Shown here in pieces: positions 27,060 to 40,690 of a stretch of 64,000 nucleotides of DNA (the first letter of the stretch is position 1; the number at the start of each line of letters is the position of its first letter). Source of the DNA: Octopus vulgaris (lineage: Eukaryota); contig OX597839.1 of assembly GCA_951406725.2 (NCBI GenBank), forward strand, positions 9,796,001 through 9,860,000. Direction: 5' to 3'. A program made the translations under genes and the position numbers. The notes below the pieces were generated by a model. It saw nothing but the letters and a program-made list of their open reading frames with translations. It was not told where the DNA came from and did no database searches.

Positions 27060-27300
27060 AATGCTGAGAGCTTAACAACTACAAAGACACACATTAGATA
27101 CATTAATACTAAGAGCTTAACAACAACTATAACAAGGAAGGACACATTAGATAATGTAGTCCAAGATACACAAATGTTGAAGCCTTAGCAACAACTAAAA
27201 GGAAGGACATTTGATAATGTAATCCTAGATATTGTTATTCTGAGGGTTTAACAAAAACAATAGGAAGGACACATTAGACAATGTAATTCTGGATATAGTA
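27060..27300 (+). repeat. Decayed tandem repeat, about 4 units of 50-65 bp
   Basis: Recurring gagcttaacaac...ggacacattagataatgta. Confidence 0.6.
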
Positions 27301-27391
27301 AATAAAATAGGGGATAGTCATGTTGAAATATTTGATCATCAACAAGTCTGCTGGTTCATAGCTGGCCTGGGGTTTAACAACACAATATATA

Positions 27392-27625
27392 CCTATTTCT
27401 TTACTACCCACAAGGGGCTAAACACAGAGGGGACAAACAAGGACAGACACACGGATTAAGTCAATTACATCGACCCCAGTGCATAACTGGTACTTAATTT
27501 ATTGACCCCGAAAGGATGAAAAGCAAAGTCAACCTCGGCGGAATTTGAACTCAGAACGTAACAGCGGACGAAATACGGCTACGCATTTCGCCCGGCGTGC
27601 TAACGTTTCTGCCAGATCACCACCA
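27392..27625 (-). mobile_element. SINE family B
   Basis: Family consensus. Confidence 0.85.
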
Positions 27626-27778
27626 ATATATACCACCCAACAAGAGAACCCACCCCTACAACATCATTTGATTTACAGGAAATAGCAACCAATCACCTCC
27701 AGATCACACTTTACCATTTTAAGAGAAACATTGGACAATGGAGATTCTGGTATCAATACAAATGTATTGATACTTTCA

Positions 27779-27944
27779 GCAGGAGTGGCCGTGTAGTAAG
27801 TAGCTTGTTTACCAACCACATGGTTCCAGGTTCATTCCCACTGCGTGGCACCTTGGGCAAGTGTCTTCTACTATAGCCTCGGGCCAACCAAAGCCTTGTG
27901 AGTGGATTTGGTAGGCAGAAACTGAAAGAAAGCCATCGTATATA

Positions 27945-28013
<69 letters not shown>

Positions 28014-28015
28014 GC

Positions 28016-28070
<55 letters not shown>

Positions 28071-28265
28071 CGCCCCCCACAACATCGCTTGACAACTGCT
28101 GCTGGTGTGTTTACGTCCTTGTAACTTAGCGATTCAGCAAAAGAGAATGACAGAATAAGTACTAAGTACTAGGCTTACAAAGAATAAGTCCTGGGGTTGG
28201 TTTGCTTGACTAAAGGCGGTGCTCCAGCATGGCCGCAGTCAAATGACTGAAACTAGTAAAAGAGT
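27779..28265 (+). mobile_element. SINE family A
   Basis: Matches the consensus with an expanded microsatellite. Confidence 0.85.
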
Positions 28266-28611
28266 ATAATAGATTGTTGTCACACCTGAACAAATAAATC
28301 AACCATGATTCATCGCTAAAGTTTTAATTATCAGAAATATTTTATCATGATTAGAGAAAAAGGAATTTATCAGTAATATTTGTGGTGGTGGTTGTGTCTA
28401 GGACTACACTGTCTAATGTGTCTTTCTTTATTCAAGACAATAGTGTATGTTGTGTGTGCGTCTGTGTGTGGCTGCTTTACTAGAAGGCCGACTGACAATA
28501 TAGACCCTCCTTTGTTGTTGTTTAGCCCCAGGCCAATTTTAACTGAGCAGGCCAATTTTAACTGAGACATATCATTGAAACCATTCCAGCCATGCATTTC
28601 ATCTATTCCCT

Positions 28612-28827
28612 ATACTCTTTACTCTTTTACTTGTTTCAGTCATTTGACTGCGGCCATGCTGGAGCACCGCCTTTAATCGAGCAACTCGACCCCGGGACTT
28701 ATTCTTGTGTAAGCCCAGTACTTATTCTATCGGCCTCTTTTGCCGAACCGCTAAGTAACGGGGACGTAAACACACCAGCATCGGTTGTCAAGCAATGCTA
28801 GGGGGACAAACACAGACACACAAACAT

Positions 28828-28860
<33 letters not shown>

Positions 28861-29025
28861 CGACGGGCTTCTTTTAGTTTCCGCCTACCAAATCCACTCA
28901 CAAGGCATTGGTCGGCCCGGGGCTATAGCAGAAGACACTTGCCCAAGGTGCCACGCAGTGGGACTGAACCCGGAACCATGTGGTTGGTTAGCAAGCTACT
29001 TACCGCACAGCCACTCCTGCGCCTA
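28612..29025 (-). mobile_element. SINE family A
   Basis: Reverse complement of the consensus. Confidence 0.85.
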
Positions 29026-29409
29026 TGCGCAGAGAATCCACATTATTGAATGTGTCTTTTTTTTAAAACAGTACAGCACAATTTGAGGGAGATTTAGCTG
29101 TTATTTCTACCATGATGAGCAAATATATGGACTAGCAGAGATCGTATCTCTCGATATGGTGTTTAGCTGCATTTCTTTACATTCAAAGTGCATTCAGAGT
29201 CCAAATTCTGGTGAAGTCAATTTCAACTTTGATCTTTCTGAAGGAGATGGTGTTTGATAAACCAATCAAATCTGGGGTTGATAATTATTCTTTTTCTATT
29301 TTCAGCCAACAGGCTGTGGTCATGTTGTGGGTACAGTAACAATTATTATTCAACGAGGTGGATTTGTAGAATCAGGAGACCATCCATACAAAAAAAAAAA
29401 AAAATTCAT

Positions 29410-29578
29410 AAGCGCAGGAGTGGCTGTGTGGTAAGTAGCTTGCTTACCAACCACATGGTTCCGGGTTCAGTCCCACTGCATGGCATCTCGGGCAAGCGTC
29501 TTCTACTATAGACTCGGGCCAACCAAAGCCTTGTGAGTGGATTTGGTAGACGGAAAATGAAAAGAAGCCCGTCGTAAG

Positions 29579-29611
<33 letters not shown>

Positions 29612-29800
29612 TTGTCTTCCCAACATCGCTTGACAACCAATGCTGGTGTGTTTACATCGCCGTAACTTAGCGGTTCGGCAAAAGAGACCAATAGAATAAG
29701 TACTAGGCTTACAAAGAATAAGTCCTGGGGTCGATTTGCTTGACTAAAGGCGGTGCTCCAGCATGGCCGCAGTCAAATGACTGAAACAAGTAAAAGAGAG
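29410..29800 (+). mobile_element. SINE family A
   Basis: Matches the family consensus. Confidence 0.85.
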
Positions 29801-29919
29801 TATTTAGTTATTTATATTCTGAGTTCAAATCCAGTTGTATAAAGTTGACTTTATTTTAATGATCCAGGAAATATGAACAATAAAGTACCTGCCGTATACT
29901 ACATACAGTCCATCGAATA

Positions 29920-30271
29920 CAGGGGCTCTCAACCGGGTTCATATAAGACTTTAAGAGGCCCATAAATGCAATATAATAAATTAGGGTTCATGGTAATTAT
30001 TTAGGGGCCATGAAAAAATTGTGCTTCATACCAGCACAGTTTATATGCAATTACTGGTTATACATCCACAATAGTGGATGTATAACCAATTTATTGCGTA
30101 TAAAAGTTTAACTGCACAAAATATTTTAAGAATTTTTATGTAAGTCCTAATAATATTTAATTATAAAAATACAATAGGATTTTTTTTTAAACATTGAAAG
30201 GCTAAGAAGGTCCATCCAAGTAAAATAGGAATCAAAGGGGTCCATAGGTAAAAAATGGTTGAGAACCCCCG
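29920..30271. mobile_element. hAT-type MITE
   Basis: TIRs caggggctctcaacc / ggttgagaacccccg. No clear 8-bp TSD. Confidence 0.65.
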
Positions 30272-30699
30272 ATATTAAGACCAAACCCACTCTCAATATG
30301 CAGCCTGGTAACTATGTTAGAAATTGGTGGAAATACTAATGTTATTACTGGAAATAATTAAAATTTTAAAAAGGAAAAAGTTTAAATGCTTAGAAATAAT
30401 CAAATATAAATATTTCATAGGGAATTGAATAAATGTATTTAGTATGAGAGAGGAGGGGAGTTAGAGGGAGACAGACGGACAGACAGTGAGAGAGAACAAG
30501 TGATGAGAGAATGACAAACAAAAAGTAGAGAATAACAGATAGTGACAGACTGAGAGGAAGAAAGATGTGAAAGGCAGAAAGAAAAATAAGGGCCTGTCCT
30601 TATTTTTATTTTCCTTACTGCATGACAGAGGGACAGAAAGAGGGTGATAAAGAGAAACAATGAAATTGAAGGTATTAGTAACACTAGATATTATAGCAG

Positions 30700-30912
30700 A
30701 AAGGGCGGCGAGCTGGCAGAACTGTTAGCACGACGGGCGAAATGCTTGGCCGTATTTCGTCTGCCGTTACATTCTGAGTTCAAATTCCACCGAGGTCGAC
30801 TTGTCCTTTCGGGGTTGATAAATTAAGTACCAGTTATGCACTGGGGTCGATGTAATCGACTTGATCCCTCTGTCTGTCCTTGTTTGTCTCCTCGTGGGTA
30901 GTAAAGAAATAG
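30700..30912 (+). mobile_element. SINE family B
   Basis: Family consensus; tagatattatag repeated on both flanks. Confidence 0.85.
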
Positions 30913-31180
30913 ATATTATAGTGGAAATATCAACATTGAATGTAGTGAAAGCAATGGGAGCATTTTAGAAGTGTTACAGGTTTTATTTTTATACAAATAT
31001 TGGACCCAACCCCATTGCTAAGCTCCTGTAAATTAGTTAACTGGGTAGCCAGTCCAGCTGGTAGAGAGTATATTCAACAAGACAATATCAACACACAATC
31101 TCAGCTCCTATGAACTAGTTCACTTTCTTCACCCTGCAGATCTCTCTCACTACCCACATGGTCACCACTCAAATACTTAC

Positions 31181-31234
31181 CATCAAAGACCAAGCCGAAC
31201 ACCAACCTAGTCATTCTGGCAAGGCAGGAAGGAC
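31181..31234 (-). CDS. Possible 54-nt cassette exon upstream of the PDZ exon
   Basis: ctcctgtag|GTCC...TTTGATG|gtaagtat. Only the phase-1 frame is open, which matches the phase-1 acceptor of the PDZ exon. The polypyrimidine tract is weak. Confidence 0.2.
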
Positions 31235-31727
31235 CTACAGGAGATGTGGGCACTTCCCTTCTTTTCACAGACTAATTATATAATCATATAATCATTATAA
31301 TAATCATATAAAAACAGTCACCATGATGATGCCAATGAGTCAAACGATCCAAATGACAATATTAGCTTGACTATGATTAACACAGAAATGCCACATTTAA
31401 TTAAGAGTTCAGTATTTTATAATTTATGTATTAGTCAGTTGTAATTTAAAGAGACAACTAATACCAACAACTATACGGTCTTTTACTGGTGTCAGTTACT
31501 AGAATGCTGCTGTGTTTGGGACACTGCCTTGAAGGGATTTTAGCTGCTTACACTGATCCCATAACTTATTTTAGTTTGGTGTTAATGCCGTAGGTCTCTA
31601 TGGAGTGGTTAGGTTACCTTTTTTGTTATAAAGGGATATAATTTGAAACACTCGTTTACATCAGTACAGACACAAACAGACATAAAAATGAGATGAGTGT
31701 GTGTGTCTGTCTCTGTGTGTGTGTCTG

Positions 31728-31789
<62 letters not shown>

Positions 31790-32359
31790 ACGGGCTTCTT
31801 TCAGTTTCTGTCTACCAAATCCACTCACAAGGCTTTGGTTGGCCCGTGGCTATAGTAGAAGACACTTGCCCAAGGTGCCACGCAGTGGGAATGAACCTGG
31901 AACCATGTGGTTGATAAGCAAGATACTTACCACACAGCCACTCCTGCGCCTACATTGAATATTTCTTTTATACATACTCACCCTGTAAACATGGGTTCAA
32001 ATCTTGTTTACAAAAGATGGACCTTTAACTTCAATAACTCTTTTAACTTTTCAAGTTTTCTGTTTTTGTTACTCATATCAAAAATTTTTACCAATTTGTA
32101 TTGATAAAAATTCTTCTGCAAACTCTAGTAATTTCAAAATTTCCTAGGGTAAGATTTTCAGAGCTGTTAATCTTGTTTAGTGCAGAAGAATTAGGGACTT
32201 CGAATTAGTAAAACAATAAAAGGGAAAGAAAGTTGTAAAGGTCAAAGTTGAAAACAGTAAGGTTTGTTTTGATGAATAAGAGAAGTAATGTGTTAGGTAG
32301 GATGCTTTGTCAAAGAGAAAAGATTTAGATTGACTGATGGAAGATACAGATGTAACTGT

Positions 32360-32825
32360 ACACATGGCTTAGTGGTTAGGTTTCGATTCCTGGACCGGGC
32401 GATGCATTGTATTCTTGAGCAAAACACTTCATTTCACGTTGCTCCAGTCCACTCAGAGTGGCAAAAATGAGTCATCCTGCAACGGACCGGTGTCCTGTCC
32501 AGGTGGGGAATTTCTTATTTCTTTATTGCCCATAAGGGGCTAAACATAGAGGGGACAAACAAGGACAGACAAAGGGATGAAGTCGATTATATCGACCCCA
32601 GTGCATAACTGGTACTTTATTTATCCACCCCGAAAGGATGAAAGGCAAAGTCGACCTCGGCGGAATTTGAACTCAGAACGTAACGGCAGATGAACTACTG
32701 GTAAGCATTTCACCCGGCGTGCTAACATTTCTGCCACCTCGCCGCCTTCAGGTGTGGAATTTCTACGCCACTGAAACCGGGAAACTGGCACTTATGAGCC
32801 TGGCATGGCTCAAGAAGGAACAACC
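32360..32825. mobile_element. SINE family C (+) with nested family B copy (32515-32748, -)
   Basis: caggtg(g/t)ggaattt is duplicated around the inner element. Confidence 0.75.
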
Positions 32826-34105
32826 TCATATATAATAGTTACAATGTAATCACTGTGACTTAAGTTTATGATTCATGTCGGTGTTTTCCAACTAAGATGG
32901 CATGATACCTTGAAATGTTGTCAAAGGTGATTAAAAATGATGCAAGATTTATCAGATTAGAATTGGTAAAAGATTCAACAGTGATGAAATCAAATCCTTC
33001 AACAAACTTCGACAACAGAAATTTAATTATTGAGTGAATGAGAAGGCTTGTACATTGGTGCACATACAGCTAGAAATAACAACCAAATATCCCTCAAACA
33101 ACACCTTAAAAAATGATGGACACATTGTATAATGTAGTTCAAGAACATTGTTTGGAAATAAGATAGGGTGGTGGTGGCCACAGCTGAAATTAGTTTTGAT
33201 CACAGGCCTGCTGGTTTAGAACCGACTTAGGGTTAAAAAACATTTATTCTTTACTTGTTTCAGTTATTAGACTGCAGCCATATTACGGCACTGCCTTGAA
33301 GGGTTTTAGTCAGACAAATCTACCCAGTACTTTTTTTTCAAGTTTGGTAGTTATTTCATTGGTCTCTGTGCCAATTCACTAAGTTACAGGGATGTAAATA
33401 AACCAACACTGGTTGTTAAACAGTGGGTAGGAACAAACACAAAGACATAGATACAACAGGCTTCCATGCAGTTTCCAACTATCAAATTCTCTCTCAAGAC
33501 TTTGGTCAGACTGGGGCTTATTATATGAGACACCTGCCCAAGGTGCAGTGCAGTGGGACTGAACCCAAAATCCATATGGCTGCAAAGCAAGCTTCTTAAC
33601 CACACAGTTATGTCGAGCAAATTTAAATTTTCTAAATTAAAATTAATAGACATCCCAAGCAGAAATACAATATCTCACAAATGTTGGCTTTTTGTTTGTG
33701 TTTATTTTTCATTATGAAAATAAAGTAGGAGAGAACTGAGCCATGGGTTAATACAATGTCTTCCTAAGTGGGTCCCAAAGAGCATGAGTCACATTAAAAA
33801 TTCTGAGATTTCACGAGATAAGGGGTCCATTAATAAAATTGAATAAAAGTTTTATTTTTTAGAAAATGCTCTTCACCATTTTCAAAGTAAGTTATTTTAT
33901 GGTTATTAATGAATAAATTTTCCAAAACAAATTGTTTCATTTAATGTTTTATAAAAATTAGATTGGTAGTGATTGTCCATAAAATAATAGGATTTTTCCA
34001 CAATTTTTGGAAAACTGCAAAAAGAGTCCCATTACAAAATAAATTTATGAATCACTAGGTGGTGGACTGGCAGAATCAATAAGGTAACAGACAAAATGCC
34101 TTGGT

Positions 34106-34412
34106 GGAGGCACATGGCTTAGTGGTTAGAGCAGCAGACTCACGGTCGAGGGATCACGGGTTCGAATCTCAGACCGGGTGATGTGTGTGTTTATGAGTGA
34201 AAATACCTAAGCTCCACGCGACTCCGGCAGAAGGTAATGGCGAACTTCTGCTGACTCTTTCGCCACAACTTTCTCTCACTCTTTCCTCCTGCATCTTGCA
34301 GCTCACCTGTGACAGACCGGCGTCCTGTCCAGGTGGGGAACCTATACGCTATGGAAACCGGGAAACCGGCCCTTATGAGCCAGGCATGGCTCGAGAAGGA
34401 ACAAAAAAAAAA
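34106..34412 (+). mobile_element. SINE family C (tRNA-Arg-like head, resembling octopus OR-type SINEs)
   Basis: ggaggcacatggcttagtggttagagcagcagactcacgg...ggttcgaatctc with A and B boxes. Minus copy at 50733-51029. Confidence 0.8.
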
Positions 34413-35534
34413 AATGCCTTGCTGTTTTTAGTAACATCCCTTAGATCAACTTTGCCTTTCAGCATTCTAGGGTCAATAAAAAAAAATACCAGTCTTAATT
34501 GAATTAATCAACTCATCCTTCCTTCCAAATTTAAGACTTTCTGCCTATGTTAAAAATCAATATTGATTAATGAGCCATGAGAGACAGGTTCAATATACAG
34601 TTGAGGATAAGTGGATGGATGGATGGATGAAGACACTAATGGCATACTGGTGTGAAAGATAACAGTTTTGAAAGAGAATAAGGACATAGAGATATGAGAA
34701 AGGGCAATACAATTAATAACTGATATTAGAAAGAGTTTTGTGGTTGGAGGGGTGAATAGGTGTTTGGCATCAAGCAGCATACAATGAGCCAGACAAACCT
34801 AAGGAGTTTCTGGAGCTTCTAAATTGAGATGCTGAGGGACTCAATCTTCCACTGATGTAGAGTTTTCTTGAGTTTCGAGTGACCACTCCTAAAGAAGGCA
34901 ACACTTTAGATAGGTCAATTAGCAACATAATTAGGTCAACAAGGGGAATGAAATACTGACTAGACTTTACAATACAAACAGCAATTAGTATCATCATCAT
35001 CATCAAAATACAATTAATATTGTCATTTATCATATAATCATTATCATCAACATCAATATCATCATGAGTGGAAGACGAATAAAATGAGATAAAGAATCAC
35101 ATTAAAGCAATATAGAAAGAACATTAAATTAGGGAAGGTGCATATAAATGTATGTCCAATAATACTATACTTGTTTCACGTCCTCGCGTTATGTTTTCTC
35201 TTTGTGTTTTCATGTTTGGATTAACTATATATGTATATATATATATTTATATATATGTTTAAAGATCTAGTAGAGGTAGAATCAACAAAAAGTACTCCAT
35301 CCAGTGAGAGATGAATATCAATTTAAATACACAAACAAAAGAGCTACTAATAATTTCATGCTTTTATGATACTTGAACAGGCACATTTATAAAATGCGGC
35401 ATATATCTTAAAGCAATCTTTCAGGCTCTGTTTATGCATTATATATATTTTAAAAACAAGAATGCTAAACAGTAAAAAAAAATAAGAAAAAATGTGGAAA
35501 AAACATGAAGAAGGTTGGTGCAAACAATGGAAAC

Positions 35535-35830
35535 TTTGTCACATGAGGCTGACGTTACAGCTATGCACCAAGACAAATCAATTGAAGAGAAGATTTATAT
35601 TGGGTTATGTGAGGGCAAATTCAAGAGGCATTACGCAAACCACCTATCTTTCCAGCACATCATAAAAGTAATGCAATTAATTTGGCTAACCAAATATGGA
35701 ATTTGAAGAGTAGCTCCACATTACATAGAATTAAGTAGAGAATAGGGGAGAAATTCAAGCCATATGTTAATGGAACTAAGATGTGCAATTTATGTGTAGC
35801 AGAAAAATGTCATATTCTTCTTAGATCATG
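35535..35830 (+). pseudogene. Second Penelope-like GIY-YIG endonuclease remnant (different family)
   Basis: KIYIGLCEGKFKRHYANH..SF...LANQIWNLK...KPYVNGTKMCNLCVAEKCHIL read across frameshifts. Confidence 0.7.
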
Positions 35831-36794
35831 TATACGCCCAAGTTTTTATTAACTACATATATGTATATATGTCATCATCATTGTTTAACGTCTACTTTCC
35901 ATGCTAGCATGGATAGGACAGTTTGACAGGAGTTGGCCAGGCAGAAGACAGCACCAGACTTCTGTGTCTGTTTTGGCAGGATTTTTACAGCTGGATGCCC
36001 TTCCTAACACCAACCACCCAGCAGAGTGGATTGAGTGCTTTTTACGTGGCACTTGCACAGGCGAGGTCAGTTTCAGCAAGGTTTTTACAGCTGGATACCC
36101 TTCCAAATGCCAACTACTTTACAGTGTGGACTGGATGCTTTTTACATGACATCAGCACTGACGGGTGAGGGGGGTCACCATGTAACTTGCAAAAAAAATA
36201 TCCTTTGAGTGGGGAGGGGGAATTGGAGGAGATGATCTTGTGTCATATGATGAAAGGGTGTAGTGGGATAGAGAGACAGAAACAGATGCTATGCTATAGA
36301 GGCAGTATATGGTTACCTGGCCAGAGAAAGAGAGAGAGGGAGAGTGGATCAGGAATGAGGACAGAAACAGGTATGCTGCTGTAAAGGAGATATATGGTTA
36401 CCCAGCCTGAGGGGAAGAGCAAGAGAAGAAGAGAGAGAATTGGAGACAGCAAGAGTGCAAGAAAGCAGGAGAGTGCCGGGCATACTCACAAGAGATAGGG
36501 ATCAGAATATAAATGGGGTGGTTGAGTAAAAGAAGTGAGAGAGAGAGATGGTGGCAAGTGCTAGGGCCTACCCTTGAGGTGTGGAGGTCATAATATTACA
36601 TACATATATAAGTGTGCATGTGTATGTAAGGTACCCAACATGGCCTCAGCACACTGAACTCAGGTGAGTTAGGTAAAGAGAGAGAGAAGCAGGAGGCGGT
36701 AGAAGTGCTTCGTTTACTGTAAACATCCTATAATAAATACTGAACAGTGCGATTTAGCTTGGAAAAAAGCTAACAGCTACCATGGCAACAGACA

Positions 36795-36894
36795 AGTAGT
36801 AGTGGTGGTGGTGGTAGTAGTAGTGATGTTGGTGATGGTGATGGTGATGGTGGTGGTGGTAGTAGTAGTGATGTTGGTGATGGTGATGGTGATG

Positions 36895-36937
<43 letters not shown>

Positions 36938-36965
36938 CAGCAGCAGTAGTAAGGTGATGATGATA
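36795..36965. repeat. Compound (GTA)/(GTG)/(GAT) trinucleotide repeat with an internal duplicated block
   Basis: Direct reading. Confidence 0.9.
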
Positions 36966-37501
36966 ATGGCAATGCAATTAATTGTTGCTACTACTAGCAG
37001 CAGTCACTGTGACAACATATTGTGTGGCTGTCCAGCTTAACAATTTCAGTGGAGGAAAACAGTGTGTGTGTGTGTGTACACAGAACTGGAGGTTGTGTAT
37101 ATACAGAACTGTTTGCAGTTGTGTATGTACATACCGAGTTGTGTGAATGAGCATAGAGTTGTTGTTGTGTGTGTATGAACAGCTGTTGTGTGCAATGGGG
37201 TTTGTCATTACTGTATCAATACCTCAGGACATTGGCACCTATGTGCACCATGACCACCACTACGGTGGCCAACAACAACTAGCATCTACATCACCACCGC
37301 CATGATAATAACCCAAATTCTAAATGACATGGTAGAAATAGCAACCAAATTACCCTCAGATCACATCCCACTATCTCAACGAAAGAAAAGGGAGACATTG
37401 AATCCTGATATACAAAATGATGAGATGGTCATGACTGGAATATATTTGATCTGTGGCTAAACAACATTATCATATTTCAGTTCTATATTTAAGAGATGAG
37501 G

Positions 37502-37649
37502 AATTATGTACATTATTTACATTCGACGGATATTTGTCCTAATCTTGTTTGTTGTTAATGCAACGTTTCGGCTGATATACCCTCCAGCCTTCTTCAGGTG
37601 TCTTGGGGAAATTTCGAACCTGGGTTCTCATTCCTAAGATATTCTTCGA

Positions 37650-37683
<34 letters not shown>

Positions 37684-37949
37684 GTTCAGGTCACTGCTTG
37701 GAATCGAACTCGGAATCTTGGGGTTAGTAGCCCGCGTTCTTAGCCCCAAGACTCCGAGTTTAATTCCAAGCAGTGACCTGAACAATAACAATAATAACAT
37801 CAAAGAATACCTTAGGAACGAGAACCCAGGTTTGAAATTTCCCCAAGACACCTGAAGAAGGCTGGAGGGTATATCAGCTGAAACGTTGTGTTTAACAACT
37901 AACAAGATGAGGAAAAATATCTGTCGAATGTAAATAATATAAATAATTA
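37502..37949. mobile_element. Head-to-head inverted pair of a tRNA-headed, hammerhead-containing SINE (about 220-bp arms)
   Basis: Arms are reverse complements around a ~14-nt spacer (37727-37740). Each arm has part of a tRNA-like head (B box GTTCGATTCC on minus at 37700-37709), (AAT)n and a CTGAAGA...GAAAC motif. Confidence 0.85.
37845..37893 (+). ncRNA. Minimal hammerhead-like motif (Penelope type)
   Basis: AAGACAC CTGAAGA A GGCTG gagggtatat CAGCT GAAAC GTT GTGTTT. Stem I is GACAC/GTGTT, stem II is GGCTG/CAGCT, and palindromic AACGTT replaces stem III. Confidence 0.6.
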
Positions 37950-38227
37950 TCATATTTCTTCACCACCTAAGTGAAAGTATATGTCATAGTGGCAAGGGTG
38001 TTCATGCAATGTCAAGACAAAGATAGACACATAGACACACACACACACTGGGCTTCTTATCCACTGATAAGGCTTTGGCTAATCCAGCTGCTATCGCAGG
38101 TCATACAACTGCATAGAGCAAGAATGGCTAACATATGGAACATGCACTAAAAGCGATGCATTTGGATGATTGGAATAGGTCCAATGCATACCTGATCAAT
38201 TATTTTTAATTGCTATAGCCAGCCATC

Positions 38228-38455
38228 TTAACCCTTTAGCATTTAAACCGGCCATATCCGGCCTAAATATTCTACCTATCTTGTGTTCAAACTTACCAGA
38301 TTTCGCCTCTCACACCTACCCTACAATGTAATTCTAAATATAAACAATCACACCATCGAAATCCCAAAGCTATGAAATAATGCATGATTAATTGAAAGCA
38401 ATGTGAATGCATAACCATTTCATTTGGCAGATTACTCTGAACGCGAAAGGGTTAA
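38228..38455 (+). mobile_element. piggyBac-type MITE family 2 (decayed minus copy at ~14880-15062)
   Basis: TTAACCCTTTAGCATTTAAACCGGCC...GCGAAAGGGTTAA. Confidence 0.8.
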
Positions 38456-40019
38456 TGACCTAAATTTGAAACTGCATAGCAAGAACAAATTGTTTTCTTA
38501 GTAAATGGTATTAATGCATTCAAGATGAAATAACTGAAGCTGTTCAACCTCACACCTAGAATATGAGGAAATGAGTCAGCTTCAATACTGAAAAGAACAG
38601 AGTTGATATGCTGAGGATAATGGTAAAGTTTTAAAATATGTTGAAAAAAAATCAGGTTATTGCAAGAAGCATCTGAAAGTCTTTTACATGATTTTGCTAA
38701 AGATGGTAATAAAGCAGTTTAAAATTGCATGGCACCTTGAGTGAGTGTCTTCTACTATAGTCCCTGGGTTGACCAGAGCCCTATGAGTGGATTTGCTAGA
38801 GATAAATTGAAAGAAGCCTGTTGTGTGCATGTGTGTCCATCTTGGGTATGACATTAAACTGCATCCAGTGGTGAAGCTCCAGTTCAGAAGTTCTGGAACT
38901 GTGGGGAGGGTACCTGTGGAAGGGGTAGACCAGGGAAAACATAGGACAAAGTGGCAATAATGGATCTTCGGATGTTGGACTTCACTGAGGAAATGACAAA
39001 GGACTGGGAGGTGTAGTGATTTGCTGTGCTTGATTAGACGTGTCAAGCCAAGTAAAATCACTGACTTCCATACATACAAGATTGTCCTTTCAGGTACCAG
39101 TGCCACGTAAAAAAAGCTCTTGCGCTGGTGCTGTGTAAATGCACCTTTGCCAGCAGCACATAGTAAGCAACTAGCACACTCTGTTAAATGGTTGGCATTG
39201 GGAAGGACCTCCAGATGTCCCAGCTGGTCAGCTCCATGTCAAACCATCAACTCATACCAGCATAGAAACCGGACATTAAACAATGATGATGATCATACAC
39301 AACTGTCTTCAAAAAAAGAAAATACAAGCACTGGATTGTGTGAATACACTTTCTGAAAATAATACAAAGTGGTCATAGCTAGAATGCTTCTGACTTAGGC
39401 CACATCCACACAGAGATTCAGGTAAACCACACACACACACACACAAACAGCTATTTAAGATAAGGATCACAAACTGAGAGATGAGGTATATACAGATAGA
39501 AAATAAGAACCAGCTTAATGTCAGATCCTTTGAAGATTATCAAGGACTTACACGAATTAACAGATATGTGGGTATATAAATACACACACAGGCACACTCA
39601 CAAACACTAAGTCTCTCACTCTTGCACATACACTCTCTCTCTCACACACACACACACATCGCTCTGTCTTATACAAACACTAACTGTTGCACACACACTC
39701 TTTCACACACACACATATTAAGCCAACGGATCCTGTATTTGTTTCAGTAATGAGTGTTCTGGTTGTTTGATCAACTTCCAATTACATTCATACAGACTGG
39801 GTCAAGCCGTGTCTCTGGTAAAAGACCACATGTTCAAAGTGCCACATAGGAGAACTAAACACAGGTTACATCTAGTCACCTAGTTTGTCTCTGACCACAT
39901 ACACCTTTCGCCATATGCTATGACAAATACTGTATACCAACATGGTTGGTTGATTTGCCAGAAATAGCAGTGAAATGTCAAACCATACACTATTGTCTGT
40001 AAGAAAAACAGTACAACAC

Positions 40020-40411
40020 CTTTACTCTTTTACTTGTTTCAGTCATTTGACTGCGGCCATGCTGGAGCACCGCCTTTAGTCGAGCAACTCGACCCCAGGA
40101 CTTATTCTTTGTAAGCCCAGTACTTATTTTATCGGTCTCTTTTGCTGAACCGCTAAGTGATGGGGACATAAACACACCAGCATCGGTTGTCAAGCAATGC
40201 TAGGGGGGACAAACACAGACACACAAACACGCACACACATACATATATACATATATACAACGGGCTTCTTTCAGTTTCCGTCTACCAAATCCACTCACAA
40301 GGATTTGGTCGGCCCGAGGCTATAGTAGAAGACACTTGCCCAAGGTGCCACGAAGTGGGACTGAACCCAGAACCATGTGGTTGGTAAGCAAGTTACTTAC
40401 CACACAACCAC
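40020..40411 (-). mobile_element. SINE family A
   Basis: Reverse complement of the consensus. Confidence 0.85.
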
Positions 40412-40690
40412 TAAAGTTTTAGAATATACTATGTCTGAAAATAAAAACAGATACCTTATCTTGACATGGTCTTGTGATTTTCTAAATATAGCAGCTAAAT
40501 TATGCTTTGCTATCTTAAAAAGCAGGGGACACTTAGATGCACTATCTCTGAATAAAAGATGGAATGACCACAACTGGAATACCTTTGATTACACTTTCAT
40601 GAATCAGGACTGCTCTAGGGACTAAATGTTTTCTAGTCCTTTCAAATTCTCAAGTGAACTTTCTCACTATTTTTATCATGTACACTGATC

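Noticed and set aside
36754-36977. Poly-His/Tyr/Thr ORFs
   Set aside because: Translation of trinucleotide repeats.
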